Shown here: in pieces, positions 8,000-17,550 of the stretch | Numbering within the stretch: the first letter of the stretch is position 1 | Layout of the letters: each line of letters starts with the position of its first letter | NCBI GenBank assembly: GCA_012974475.1 | Contig: JAAXQD010000116.1 | Coordinates: 1-34,822 of the forward strand | Reading direction: 5' to 3' | Source of the DNA: Desulfobacterales bacterium | GTDB taxonomy: Bacteria > Desulfobacterota > Desulfobacteria > Desulfobacterales > UBA11574 | Length of the DNA: 34,822 nt | The notes under the pieces: generated by a model | Seen by the model: the letters and a program-made list of their open reading frames with translations, nothing else | Database searches by the model: none | What the model was told of the DNA's origin: nothing | Made by a program: the position numbers and the translations under genes

Positions 8000-9220
8000 T
8001 CAATCTTCTCCGTCCAACCCAAATACAGTATGAAGAACACGAACTGCAAGCTCGGTATACTTTTCTTCGATGATACACGATATTCTGATCTCAGATGTGC
8101 TGATCATCATGATGTTTATATTTTCCCTGGCCAGTGTACTGAACATAATCGATGCCACACCGGAATGATTTTTCATGCCGACGCCGACAACGGAAACCTT
8201 TGCAATATCTTTATCGCCCAAAACATCTTCTGCGCCGATTTCTTGAGCCACCTTCCGCTCGATCTCTATGGCGGTGGAGAAATGCTCTTTGGGAACCGTA
8301 AATGTAAGATCGGTTTGACCTTCGACCCGAGTATTTTGAATGATCATGTCCACAACGATACCGGCTTCAGCGATGGGTGAAAAGATTTTTGCCGCCACCC
8401 CCGGCTGATCTTCAACCTTTTTCAGGGTGATACGCGCTTGATCTTTATCGTGCGTCACTGCGGACACAACAAGACTCTCCATGCCGGCGTCTTCACTAAC
8501 AACCATGGTACCTTCCTCCTCACTAAAAGATGATCTGACATGAATCGGGATATTATATTTTTTTGCAAATCCCACAGACCGGATCTGCAAAACCTTAGCC
8601 CCCAGGCTGGCCATATTGAGCATTTCATCGTAGGAAATTCTATCGATCTTCTTTGCTCTTTCGCAGATGCCCGGATCAGCGGTGTAGATACCATCCACAT
8701 CGGTATAGATTTCACAAATATCGGCGTTCAGGGCCGCAGCGATGGCGACGGCGGAGGTATCCGATCCTCCGCGTCCGAGGGTCGTGATGTTGCCTTTGAT
8801 ATCAGATCCCTGGAATCCCGCCACAACGACGATATTGCCATTTTTGACAAGGGCCATAATATTTTCTACGCCGATTTCGATGATTCGTGCATTGCCGAAG
8901 GTGCAGTCGGTAACCACTTTGGCCTGATGTCCGAGCATGGATACGGCGGGGTGGTTCATGTTTTTTAAGGTCATGGCCAGGAGCGCGGCCGTTGTCTGCT
9001 CTCCTGTGGCCAGAAGCACATCCAGTTCACGTTTATCCGGGGATTCTGAGATCTGGGTCGCCATATCGATCAAGTCGTCCGTAACGCCGGCCATGGCTGA
9101 GAGGATGACCACCACGTCGTTGCCTTGTTCAAAGGTTTCTGCGACCCGTTTTGCAACATTTCGGATCCGCTCTATATCGGCAACTGAAGTGCCGCCATAT
9201 TTTTGTACAATTAAACCCAT
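8000..9220 (-). CDS. lysC: Aspartate kinase
   Basis: N-terminus [10 protein letters not shown] and an internal [11 protein letters not shown] motif, with C-terminal ACT-type repeats. SD AAGGG lies 8 nt upstream of the ATG. Confidence 0.95.
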   Translation of the reverse strand: MGLIVQKYGGTSVADIERIRNVAKRVAETFEQGNDVVVILSAMAGVTDDLIDMATQISESPDKRELDVLLATGEQTTAALLAMTLKNMNHPAVSMLGHQAKVVTDCTFGNARIIEIGVENIMALVKNGNIVVVAGFQGSDIKGNITTLGRGGSDTSAVAIAAALNADICEIYTDVDGIYTADPGICERAKKIDRISYDEMLNMASLGAKVLQIRSVGFAKKYNIPIHVRSSFSEEEGTMVVSEDAGMESLVVSAVTHDKDQARITLKKVEDQPGVAAKIFSPIAEAGIVVDMIIQNTRVEGQTDLTFTVPKEHFSTAIEIERKVAQEIGAEDVLGDKDIAKVSVVGVGMKNHSGVASIMFSTLARENINIMMISTSEIRISCIIEEKYTELAVRVLHTVFGLDGED

Positions 9221-9466
9221 ATGTTAAACCCTTAAATTTAATTGAAATGTCACGGAAACTCTATAATTCAATGAAATTATAGCGCTTCATTGTCAAACAG
9301 ATTGGTTCCGTTCCATGGGCCCGGTGAAATGGGAAAAAACGATGGAATAATGGAATACGGATTAAACTTATATATATAGCTCAAAAATATTTTTCAGTAA
9401 AGGAATAAAATTGAAAGATAATTTCAAAATCATCCGCACCATGGGGGATCGGCGAAGAAGATTTTT

Positions 9467-9961
9467 TTAAAAACCTTCAATTTTTTTTAACAGATTCAAA
9501 TCTGTAAATTCATTTGCAGAGATAGTTATTTTTCGTGTTTCGTCGCTGGTAATTTCAAAGTGTATGTTTACGGGACCGGGTAAAAGTTCATTCCCGATTC
9601 TATCCGCCCATTCAATGGCCACCACGACGTTACCGTCGAGTATCTCATAAAAACCGATATCTTCAAGCTCCATGATATCCCAGATTCGATACAGGTCAAC
9701 ATGAAACAGGGGAAACCGGCCGGGATATTCATTGATCAACGTGTAAGACGGGCTGGTTATGTAGTAATCGTCCGGGACTTCAAGGCCTCTGGCAAGCCCT
9801 TGAACAAACGAAGTCTTCCCGCTTCCCAGATCACCGTAGAGGGCCAAAACAGTTCCGGACGTTATCCACCGGCCGATGCTTTTGCCCAATGTTTTTGTTG
9901 CGTCAACGGAATGGGTCGATATCTGATGTTTGAAACTTGAAGTTTGAGATCCGGATGCCAT
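9467..9961 (-). CDS. tsaE: tRNA t6A37 threonylcarbamoyl-transfer ATPase TsaE
   Basis: Walker A in the typical TsaE context LYGDLGSGKTSFVQGLARGL, then SPSYTLINEY...HVDLYR. The start lies 2 nt after the nnr stop. Confidence 0.9.
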   Translation of the reverse strand: MASGSQTSSFKHQISTHSVDATKTLGKSIGRWITSGTVLALYGDLGSGKTSFVQGLARGLEVPDDYYITSPSYTLINEYPGRFPLFHVDLYRIWDIMELEDIGFYEILDGNVVVAIEWADRIGNELLPGPVNIHFEITSDETRKITISANEFTDLNLLKKIEGF

Positions 9962-9963
9962 TT

Positions 9964-11520
9964 TCAGACGCTGTTCACAAATTTTTTGATGGTTTCGGGA
10001 ATGGCATTCTGGACCTCTGTTGCCAGATAGCCGAAGGGCCCTTTGGTATTGGCCAAAATGTCGGCCGCTGCACCATGTATATAGACGCCGGCATGGGCGG
10101 CGAGTTCAGGTGCATGTCCCTGTGCAATAAGGCCTGCTATGATTCCGGTGAGCACATCCCCCATACCGCCGGATGCCATTCCGGGATTTCCGGTGGGGTT
10201 GATAAACGCCCTGCCGTCCGGATGGGCAACCACCGTTCCGGCCCCTTTGAGCACCACGTGGATATTGAAATTTTTTGCAAATTCACGGGCGCAATGGATA
10301 CGGTCTTTCTGAACGTCGGCTGCGGTGGTATTGCTCAGCCGTGCCATCTCACCGGGATGGGGCGTTATAATGACCGGGATGTTGAGGTTTTTCAGTATTT
10401 CGGTATGTCCGACAAGACTGTTCAATCCGTCGGCATCGATAACCATCGGTTTTGTGCTTTTTTGGAGGATTCGATGCACCAGGGTTTTCGTTTCAGGGGC
10501 CGTGCCCATCCCGGGCCCTAAGGTAATGCAGTTTTTATCGGAAAGAAGTTCCATGATTCTGGTGAATGATGTTCCGCCGAGGATACCGTCCCTGACTTCA
10601 GGAAGGGGATCGGTCATGGCTTCGGTCACATGGGCTTCCAAAATCGGGTTTAAACTCGAGGGGACGCCAAGGGTTACCAGGCCGGCTCCGGCCCGCATGG
10701 CTGACATGGCCGTCATTGCGGCCGCGCCGGTTTTTCCGGGTGAGCCTGCAATGACCAAAAGATGGCCGGTGTGTCCCTTATGGGCATCCGAGGGCCTGGG
10801 TTGAAAAACGGCTCGGATCAGATCCAAAGTCAATAGGTGCTGCATAGGTCGCACATCATCCGCAATATACGGCGGTATGCCGATATCGACGATTTTCAAG
10901 TGTCCCGTATAATCTGCGCCGGGGAAGAGGATATGACCTGTTTTGGCAAACGCAAATGTGGCGGTGGCGTCGGCCCGGATACAGGTTCCGCAGGGTTGGC
11001 CGGTATCGGAATTGAGGCCGGAGGGAATATCCACCGCAAAAACCGGTTTTTTGGAAGCATTAATGAAGTCGATAACGTCCTTGAAAAATCCCTTTACATC
11101 CGATTTCAAACCGGTCCCGAGGATTGCGTCTATCCAGATGGCTTCATGACGCATGGCGGTCTTATGCCTTGAAAGGGATTCTTGATCCGGCATTTCAATG
11201 ACAGGAACTTTCAGCGGGCGCAGAAGGTTGAGGTTGGCGGCGGCATCACCTTTGACCATATGGCTTTCAGACAGCAGATACACCGTCACGCGCATCTTTT
11301 TTTGGGCAAGATACCGGGCAATGACAAAACCGTCTCCGCCATTGTTACCCCGGCCTGCAACAACGCCGATTTTTTTATTTCCAGCGTCTTCAAATTGGTC
11401 TAAAAAAAATTGTGTCGCCCCCCGGCCCGCATTCTCCATCAGAACCATCCCGGGGATACCGAACGATTCGATGGTCAGGCGATCCATTTTCTGCATTTCA
11501 CTTGCGTTGACAAGGTACAT
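9964..11520 (-). CDS. nnr: Bifunctional NAD(P)H-hydrate repair enzyme (epimerase and ADP-dependent dehydratase)
   Basis: YjeF_N motif GRGNNGGDGFV and C-terminal kinase-like motifs GSPGKTGAA and GMASGGMGDVLTG. I preferred ATG 11520 (MYLVNASEMQKMD) over the longer track start. Confidence 0.9.
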   Translation of the reverse strand: MYLVNASEMQKMDRLTIESFGIPGMVLMENAGRGATQFFLDQFEDAGNKKIGVVAGRGNNGGDGFVIARYLAQKKMRVTVYLLSESHMVKGDAAANLNLLRPLKVPVIEMPDQESLSRHKTAMRHEAIWIDAILGTGLKSDVKGFFKDVIDFINASKKPVFAVDIPSGLNSDTGQPCGTCIRADATATFAFAKTGHILFPGADYTGHLKIVDIGIPPYIADDVRPMQHLLTLDLIRAVFQPRPSDAHKGHTGHLLVIAGSPGKTGAAAMTAMSAMRAGAGLVTLGVPSSLNPILEAHVTEAMTDPLPEVRDGILGGTSFTRIMELLSDKNCITLGPGMGTAPETKTLVHRILQKSTKPMVIDADGLNSLVGHTEILKNLNIPVIITPHPGEMARLSNTTAADVQKDRIHCAREFAKNFNIHVVLKGAGTVVAHPDGRAFINPTGNPGMASGGMGDVLTGIIAGLIAQGHAPELAAHAGVYIHGAAADILANTKGPFGYLATEVQNAIPETIKKFVNSV

Positions 11521-11607
11521 TTTTTTCTCCAGAAGTGCCCACCCGGCGGGCAAAATGAAAATTTTCCAAAGATTTAAACCTAAAATGCAATAACGATGTG
11601 TTATGAA

Positions 11608-12333
11608 TCAGGGCTGCAGCGCTTTAACCAGGGACAGCATCTCCCTGACGGCGCTGTCCATGCCCACAAGCACCGCTCTTGAGATGATGCTGTGTCCGAT
11701 GCTGAATTCATCGATTTCGTTAAGCCCCTTAAACGCTTTTATGGTGTTGTAGCAAATACCATGTCCGGCGTTAACGCCCATTCTCAATTTAAAGGCGAGT
11801 TTTGCGGCATCAACGATATTGGAAAAAGCCTGGTCTCTTTTTCTGGAAGTTTTTGCATCACAGAATTTGCCGGTATGTATCTCCACCATGCTCGCATTGA
11901 TCTGATGGGCAATTTTGATCTGATCCGGGTCGGGATCGATGAAGATGCATACGGGAATACCGTTGTCCTGAAGCGTGCCGACGGTTTCAGCAACGGCATC
12001 TTTGTGCACGATTAAATCCAACCCGCCTTCGGTGGTGAGTTCTTCCCGTTTCTCCGGAACCAGGGTGACGATATCGGGCTGAACATCGAGGGCAATTCCA
12101 ACCATTTCGTTGGATGAAGCCATTTCCAGTATGAGTTTTGTCTGAACGACCTTTCTCAAAATTCTGAGATCGCGATCCTTGATGTGACGTCGATCTTCCC
12201 GCAGGTGAACGACAATACCGTCAACCCCGGCAAGCTCCGCCAGAACTGCCGCAGATACGGGATCGGGATAACGGCCTTTCCGCGCCTCCCTTAATGTCGC
12301 AACATGATCAACATTTACCGATAGTCCAGCCAT
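11608..12333 (-). CDS. pdxJ: Pyridoxine 5'-phosphate synthase
   Basis: LSVNVDHVATLREARKGRYPDPV, VHLREDRRHI and a C-terminal NIGHSIISRA-like motif (FSIGHSIISRA). Confidence 0.95.
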   Translation of the reverse strand: MAGLSVNVDHVATLREARKGRYPDPVSAAVLAELAGVDGIVVHLREDRRHIKDRDLRILRKVVQTKLILEMASSNEMVGIALDVQPDIVTLVPEKREELTTEGGLDLIVHKDAVAETVGTLQDNGIPVCIFIDPDPDQIKIAHQINASMVEIHTGKFCDAKTSRKRDQAFSNIVDAAKLAFKLRMGVNAGHGICYNTIKAFKGLNEIDEFSIGHSIISRAVLVGMDSAVREMLSLVKALQP

Positions 12334-12401
12334 CGAATAACCTCCATTGGTTTCTCAATTGTAGTTTTTGTGCATTTGGGTGTAAAACTTTTTTCTTCTC
12401 G

Positions 12402-12468
12402 CCACAAAGACCCCAAGACCCGCCCGCTTTGCCTTAGGCGAGGCGGGCGGGTCTTTGTGTCTTGGTGG
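12402..12468. repeat. GC-rich palindromic element in the ybeY-pdxJ spacer
   Basis: AAGACCCGCCCGC (12415-12427) pairs perfectly with GCGGGCGGGTCTT (12443-12455). Shuffled CACAAAGAC / CCAAGAC modules flank both arms. No U-run follows the hairpin on either strand. Confidence 0.5.
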
Positions 12469-12531
12469 TAAATATTTTGGTTCCGGCCTGTCCAGCTGTG
12501 TTTGCGGTGCCGGGCCTGTCCGAGTTAGGTG

Positions 12532-12996
12532 TTAATTAGCGCCCATCCATAAACACATTTGAGCACTGAGTAGTTTCAGAATCTCCTTGCTCTTTTTTTC
12601 CATTTCGTGAGCGTCTTGATCCGATGTTTCGTGATCGTAACCCAGCAGATGAAGAATCCCATGCACCAGTAGCTGGGTAAAACGTTCTTCCATGCTGATT
12701 CCCACTCGTTTCCCCTCTCTAAAGGCGGTTTCAACGGAAATCAGCACATCACCGAGAAGCTGTGGGGTTATATTTGCATAGGGGCCGGTGCGCATGGGAA
12801 AGGCGATCACATTTGTCGGCCCGTTTCGATTGAGATATTGTTCATTGAATACCGCTATCTGCGGATCATCAACGATCAGGATGGAAAGTTCAGTATCAGG
12901 ACAATCCAAGGCGTTTAAGATGGCTTTGGCTTTTTGTTGAATTTGTTTCAGCGATATCTTGTACTTCTTTTGCCTGTTGTCGATCAAAACTTCCAT
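12532..12996 (-). CDS. ybeY: rRNA maturation endoribonuclease YbeY
   Basis: Zinc site HGILHLLGYDHE. ATG 12996 is preceded by GGAAGGG at 5 nt; the ATG at 13011 has no SD. Confidence 0.9.
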   Translation of the reverse strand: MEVLIDNRQKKYKISLKQIQQKAKAILNALDCPDTELSILIVDDPQIAVFNEQYLNRNGPTNVIAFPMRTGPYANITPQLLGDVLISVETAFREGKRVGISMEERFTQLLVHGILHLLGYDHETSDQDAHEMEKKSKEILKLLSAQMCLWMGAN

Positions 12997-15292
12997 TTTT
13001 TCCCTTCCCATTGGTCAAGACCGGTTGCTCGGGATACTCAATGCGATGGTGGTGTATTCCATTTAATATTTTATTAAAACTTTTTGCGATGTTATGCAGA
13101 TCCTTCAAGGTCAGCTCGCAGTTGTCCAATTGGCCGTCCGAGAAAATTTGGTTTATCAGATTTTGTACAAGACCCTGGATTCTGGATGGCGTAGGATTGG
13201 CCAGCGTTCTCGACGCCGCTTCAACCGTGTCTGCCAGCATGACCAGTCCGGCTTCCCTGGTTTGCGGCTTTGGCCCGGGATATCTGTAGTTATCGATATT
13301 CACCGAATTCCCACCTTTCAACAGCTTGGCTTTTTCATAAAAATACCTGATAAGGCTGGTTCCGTGTGATTGTCTGATGGTGTCGATGATGACTTGCCCG
13401 AGCTTGTTTTTTTTGGCGATTTCCACCCCGTCCTTGACATGTGCGATGAGGATGAGGCTGGACATAGACGGCGCGAGCTTGTCATGTTTGTTAACGCCGC
13501 TGGCCTGGTTTTCAATAAAATACAGCGGTTTTTTGATCTTGCCGATATCATGATAATATCCGCAAACTTTTGCAAGCAGAGAATTGGCACCGATTTCAGA
13601 TGCCGCAGCCTCCACCATGGTGCCCACAATCACCGAATGGTGATACGATCCGGGAGCTTCTATCATCAGTCTGCGGAGAATCGGTTGATCGAGGTTTGAA
13701 AGTTCGAGAAGTTTAATATCCGTGGTGTAGCCAAAAGCGATTTCCAGCAACGGGGCGATGCCGGCGGTTACGATTCCCGCAGCGATACCTCCTGAAAACG
13801 CAAAGGCCCAATCCCACAGAAGTTTAAAGACGGAGGTGCCTCCCATATAAGAATCGATGATCGTTGCCAGTATCACATTCATAAATCCAAGTTTTAGCCC
13901 GGCCTTTATAAACACTTTGCGCTCCCGGCAATTCTGCATCCAGTATGCCGCCATTAAGCTGTTGAGAAGGAAATAGATGAAAATATCGAATCTGTTTTGG
14001 AATATTATGGTGGCACCGACGGCGATGAGCATGGCCATGGGAATGGCTATTTCAAGTCCCAGAAACAGGCAGGTGGTCATGGTGGCCGCAGCAAGTGGGA
14101 TGCCGTATGACATGGAGGATGTCGATATTGGGAACGGTGTAAGATCGGCAACGGATTCGGCCAAAGATGCGGATATTTTTGAGATGAACAAAAAGGTTAC
14201 AAGAATACTCGCCAAAAAAAGCAGGTTTTTGGTGTTGTCGAGATGGGGCTGATTGTGAATGCAGAGAATATAGATGGTCATAAGGATGCACAGAATGATC
14301 AGTGTGGATCCAACACAGCTCACCAAAACCTGCTCCTTTTTCACCCCTTCCTGGTAGGCGTTGAGTTTTAGAAGCTGGATCCTGGTTACCCGTTCTCCTT
14401 CGCGCAGCAGCATCTCTCCGGCTTTTATCTTGTGAAATATCGGCTTGATTCCCGCATAGGCCTCTTTTTTCCGTTCTTCGGTTTCACTTCTGTTTAAGGT
14501 GATATTGGGCTGGATGAGTCTTTGAGAAAAATCGACGATCATGTTTCGCAGGGTGTGGTTCCGTTTCTTCAAAAGGGGTTGGCCGATAATTTTGACCATG
14601 GTTTTCGCCTGGTCAAGATCATAAAAGTGTTTTAAGTTAAAGACGACCTTTTCTTTTTTTGTTTTAATGTCGCGTAAGATTATCCCCTTATCGGCTTCTT
14701 TAAGGAGCAGCTCTTTGTTTGTAACCACCCCGTTTTCCAATATTTCAGTTGTGATACTGGAAATAAGGTTCGAAATATCTTTAGAAAAAGCTTCTTTTTC
14801 GAGGATTTTATAGGCATCGTCGCTCACTGAAATGCCGAGTTTTTCCTCGAACTCCGGTTTCTTTTGCCAGACGAGATCATGAAGGGACATTTTTTCCCCA
14901 ACACTATCAAATGAGGATGTTTCAGATGTTTCCAATGGGTCTTGTGATGTTGAAGCTTCCAAAATCGTCTGAAGATCGCCAAAGGCGGCCTCTGTCTCCC
15001 GGTTCATTTTTCCGGAAAGCACGACATCATGATCGTAAACCGTCTGGACATTTTCCAGAGCCTGTATCCGGCTATTTTCAGTGGCATCCTCGTCTTCGAT
15101 TAAAAAATCTTTTTTGGCTTTGGTATCTTTGGTTGCAACGTCCCCCAATTTGTAGGAATGTTTTTTGACCACAAGGCTTGGATACAACAAAATTGTAAAA
15201 ATGATCGTTACTCCGGCCAGAATGCCCCAGCGGACACGGTCATTGTTGCCGAAAATCTTATTAAAAGAAAATTGGGTTTTTATTAGACTCAT
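12896..15292 (-). CDS. 7TM receptor with intracellular HD/HDIG hydrolase domain (YqfF/PgpH-like, possible cyclic-dinucleotide phosphodiesterase)
   Basis: N-terminal extracytoplasmic domain, about 7 TM helices (aa ~330-530), then an HD domain (SYHHSVIVG...YYHDIGK...HV). It sits in the conserved phoH / 7TM-HD / ybeY order. Confidence 0.85.
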   Translation of the reverse strand: MSLIKTQFSFNKIFGNNDRVRWGILAGVTIIFTILLYPSLVVKKHSYKLGDVATKDTKAKKDFLIEDEDATENSRIQALENVQTVYDHDVVLSGKMNRETEAAFGDLQTILEASTSQDPLETSETSSFDSVGEKMSLHDLVWQKKPEFEEKLGISVSDDAYKILEKEAFSKDISNLISSITTEILENGVVTNKELLLKEADKGIILRDIKTKKEKVVFNLKHFYDLDQAKTMVKIIGQPLLKKRNHTLRNMIVDFSQRLIQPNITLNRSETEERKKEAYAGIKPIFHKIKAGEMLLREGERVTRIQLLKLNAYQEGVKKEQVLVSCVGSTLIILCILMTIYILCIHNQPHLDNTKNLLFLASILVTFLFISKISASLAESVADLTPFPISTSSMSYGIPLAAATMTTCLFLGLEIAIPMAMLIAVGATIIFQNRFDIFIYFLLNSLMAAYWMQNCRERKVFIKAGLKLGFMNVILATIIDSYMGGTSVFKLLWDWAFAFSGGIAAGIVTAGIAPLLEIAFGYTTDIKLLELSNLDQPILRRLMIEAPGSYHHSVIVGTMVEAAASEIGANSLLAKVCGYYHDIGKIKKPLYFIENQASGVNKHDKLAPSMSSLILIAHVKDGVEIAKKNKLGQVIIDTIRQSHGTSLIRYFYEKAKLLKGGNSVNIDNYRYPGPKPQTREAGLVMLADTVEAASRTLANPTPSRIQGLVQNLINQIFSDGQLDNCELTLKDLHNIAKSFNKILNGIHHHRIEYPEQPVLTNGKGKNGSFDRQQAKEVQDIAETNSTKSQSHLKRLGLS

Positions 15293-15297
15293 TGTAA

Positions 15298-16278
15298 TTA
15301 TTTCTTTTTTCTGGAATCGAGATCCTCATAGGCTTTAATAATTTTCTGGACCAACCCATGCCGGACCACATCTTTTTTTGAAAATAAGATGAATTCTATT
15401 CCTTTGATCCCCGGAAGTATATTTTTGGCTTCAACGAGTCCCGAAGATTTCTCAGGGGGAAGATCAATCTGGGTGATGTCACCGGTGATGACCGCTTTGG
15501 AGCTGAATCCTATCCGGGTAAGAAACATCTTCATCTGCTCGGAAGTCGTATTTTGGGCTTCATCTAAAATAATGAAAGAATCGTTTAAAGTTCGGCCCCG
15601 CATGAATGCAAGGGGCGCAACTTCTATAATACCTTGCTCCATCAGACTCAACACTTTTTCAAAGCGCATCATATCGTGGAGCGCATCGTAAAGCGGCCGC
15701 AGGTAAGGATCTACCTTTTGAGCGAGATCTCCGGGCAAAAAGCCGAGGGCTTCACCCGCCTCCACCGCGGGTCTTGTGAGGATGATTCGACTAACCTGCT
15801 CCTTTTTGAGTGACGAAACCGCCATGGCCATGGCAAGATAGGTCTTACCGGTTCCTGCCGGTCCAATGCCGAAGACCATATCTGAACTTCGGATGGCGTC
15901 TATGTATTCCTTTTGGGCAGGGTTTTTTGGAATTACAGGCCGCTTTTTCGACGTGACGTAGACCTTATCCAGAAAAATGTCTTTGAGGTTAATACGGTCG
16001 TCCTCGCTCAAAATTCTGACCGCGTACTCCACATCATTGGGGTATATGGGATAACCTTCTTTTAGCAGGTTGTAAAGCTGCTTGAGGATATTTTTCGCCA
16101 GGCTTTCGGCGATGCTATCCCCCTGGATAAATACCGTGTTGCCTCTTGCGTGGATGGAGACATCCACCAGTGCTTCGATTTTTTTAAGATTTTTGTTGTA
16201 ATCGCCGAAAAGCTGGCTTGCCCGATTAATGTCCGAGAAAATTAATCGGGTTTTATTATTTTGGGAAATTTCATCCAT
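15298..16278 (-). CDS. phoH: PhoH-family ATPase (YbeZ-like)
   Basis: Walker A GIGPAGTGKTYLAMAMAV, Walker B FIILDEAQN and ITGDITQIDLP. Confidence 0.9.
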   Translation of the reverse strand: MDEISQNNKTRLIFSDINRASQLFGDYNKNLKKIEALVDVSIHARGNTVFIQGDSIAESLAKNILKQLYNLLKEGYPIYPNDVEYAVRILSEDDRINLKDIFLDKVYVTSKKRPVIPKNPAQKEYIDAIRSSDMVFGIGPAGTGKTYLAMAMAVSSLKKEQVSRIILTRPAVEAGEALGFLPGDLAQKVDPYLRPLYDALHDMMRFEKVLSLMEQGIIEVAPLAFMRGRTLNDSFIILDEAQNTTSEQMKMFLTRIGFSSKAVITGDITQIDLPPEKSSGLVEAKNILPGIKGIEFILFSKKDVVRHGLVQKIIKAYEDLDSRKKK

Positions 16279-16504
16279 GTTTCAGGGTCGATCCGGTGCG
16301 ATGCTCCATGTTGACGGCTTCGTCACCCTTACGCAGGTTCCCAATAGATTCTGGTTCGGTCAGGATCCCTCCATTAACAGGAAGTCGGGAACCCCGCCCC
16401 TTGCCATTTGTCTGTTGAAAAGCTGCACCGGTAAATTTTAGCGGCTCTATTCCATGTGTAAAAAATTTTTCGAATTCATCAAATTTTGAGTAGAGCTTTG
16501 ACAT
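16271..16504 (-). CDS. Hypothetical 77-aa protein whose stop overlaps the phoH start
   Basis: The stop TGA overlaps the phoH ATG (CATGGATGA, 8-nt overlap). GC content looks coding-like compared with the AT-rich spacer upstream. There is no SD before ATG 16504 or TTG 16519, and I recognise no motif. Confidence 0.3.
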   Translation of the reverse strand: MSKLYSKFDEFEKFFTHGIEPLKFTGAAFQQTNGKGRGSRLPVNGGILTEPESIGNLRKGDEAVNMEHRTGSTLKHG

Positions 16505-16687
16505 ATCACAATTTTTCAAACGAATGCAAATAACAATTTAATACATGTGACAAAAAGAAAAATACCTTGACTCGAAATATCTGCTTTGTTAATTTTCGGC
16601 AACAAAAAATATTCCAAAAAATTGATCTTTCCGAATTTATCTATATTTTCAAAGAGTTTGGCACAAGAGATGCTGTAAGGGCATACC

Positions 16688-17218
16688 ATGAACTATCTTG
16701 ATATTATTATTGTCGTTATTTTAAGTTATTGCGTGATAAGAGGTGTTTTCAGGGGACTGATAAAAGAATTGTCTTCTATAATCGGGGTGTTTGGCGGTTT
16801 TTACGCTGCGTATACCTATTACACGATGGTTGCAAAACCCCTGTCAAAGTGGATTTCCAATCCAGGATACCTTAACATATTGAGTTTTATGGTTGTTTTT
16901 TGTGTTGTTTTCCTTGTAATCAGTATTCTTGGTGTCATCATCAATTACCTGCTTAAACTGGCTTTTTTGGGCTGGTTTGACCGTTTTTGTGGTGCTGTCT
17001 TCGGTGCCATGAAAAGTTTGCTCATTGTTTCGGTTATTTTGATAGCCCTTACCACCTTCCTACCCAAAGGTACACCGCTTATCAAAGATTCCCTGCTTTC
17101 CCCCCATGTGACGCTGGTCTCTGAAAAGATGATCAAAGTCGTTCCCAAAGATATGAAGGACGCATTTACGACCAAGATAACGGAGTTGAAAAAGGAATGG
17201 GACAAAAAGAAATCGTAA
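16688..17218 (+). CDS. cvpA: CvpA-family membrane protein
   Basis: N-terminus MNYLDIIIVVILSYCVIRGVFRGLIKELSSIIG is characteristic of CvpA. Four hydrophobic helices. Confidence 0.85.
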   Translation: MNYLDIIIVVILSYCVIRGVFRGLIKELSSIIGVFGGFYAAYTYYTMVAKPLSKWISNPGYLNILSFMVVFCVVFLVISILGVIINYLLKLAFLGWFDRFCGAVFGAMKSLLIVSVILIALTTFLPKGTPLIKDSLLSPHVTLVSEKMIKVVPKDMKDAFTTKITELKKEWDKKKS

Positions 17219-17245
17219 AACTTTGTCGATTTGCCGTTTTTTTTT
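17210..17245 (+). terminator. Weak candidate terminator after cvpA
   Basis: AAATCG (17210-17215) pairs with CGATTT (17227-17232) around an 11-nt loop. GCCG follows, then a T9 run (17237-17245). The stem is short and AT-rich. Confidence 0.25.
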
Positions 17246-17448
17246 AACGCGTACGAATGGATTCAAACCGTGACCCGATCTTAAGCTCGGATATCCGAAT
17301 GCCCGTTGGTCTCATTTTTAAATAAAGTGACTCAAGTTTCGCACCCGAACTGTTGCGTAAGCGCATCTTCCGGTGATGTTTTTATCTCGTTTTACCGGTG
17401 GAGGATGATCAAAATCATGATAAAATCGTTGGAAAACAAACGGTTGGG

Positions 17449-17477
17449 CCCTTGACCTCTTGAATCCTCGACCCCTC
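17449..17477. repeat. CTTGA(A/C)CC-type intergenic repeat copy
   Basis: CCCTTGACCTCTTGAATCCTCGACCCCTC belongs to the same motif family as 24579-24637 (CTCGAACCCTTGGATCCTTGCCCCCTTGA...CCTTGAACCC). Confidence 0.4.
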
Positions 17478-17550
17478 TTTTCCAGCTAAATTGGAGAAGA
17501 ACCGTAAAATAATACTATTTGAGAAATTCCTTCAGTGGAGGCAGACAATA

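Noticed and set aside
9221-9466. 246-nt leader upstream of lysC, inspected for a lysine (L-box) riboswitch.
   Set aside because: I could not recognise the conserved L-box core or its helix arrangement by eye. The region is AT-rich and carries only the TGGAATAATGGA repeat. An Rfam scan would be decisive.
16520-16687. AT-rich 168-bp divergent spacer at the strand switch, considered as a replication origin.
   Set aside because: There are no TTATCCACA-type DnaA boxes and no dnaA, dnaN or gyrB nearby. It is adequately explained as a divergent promoter region. A weak TTGACT-N17-TAATTT for cvpA is present at 16567-16595.
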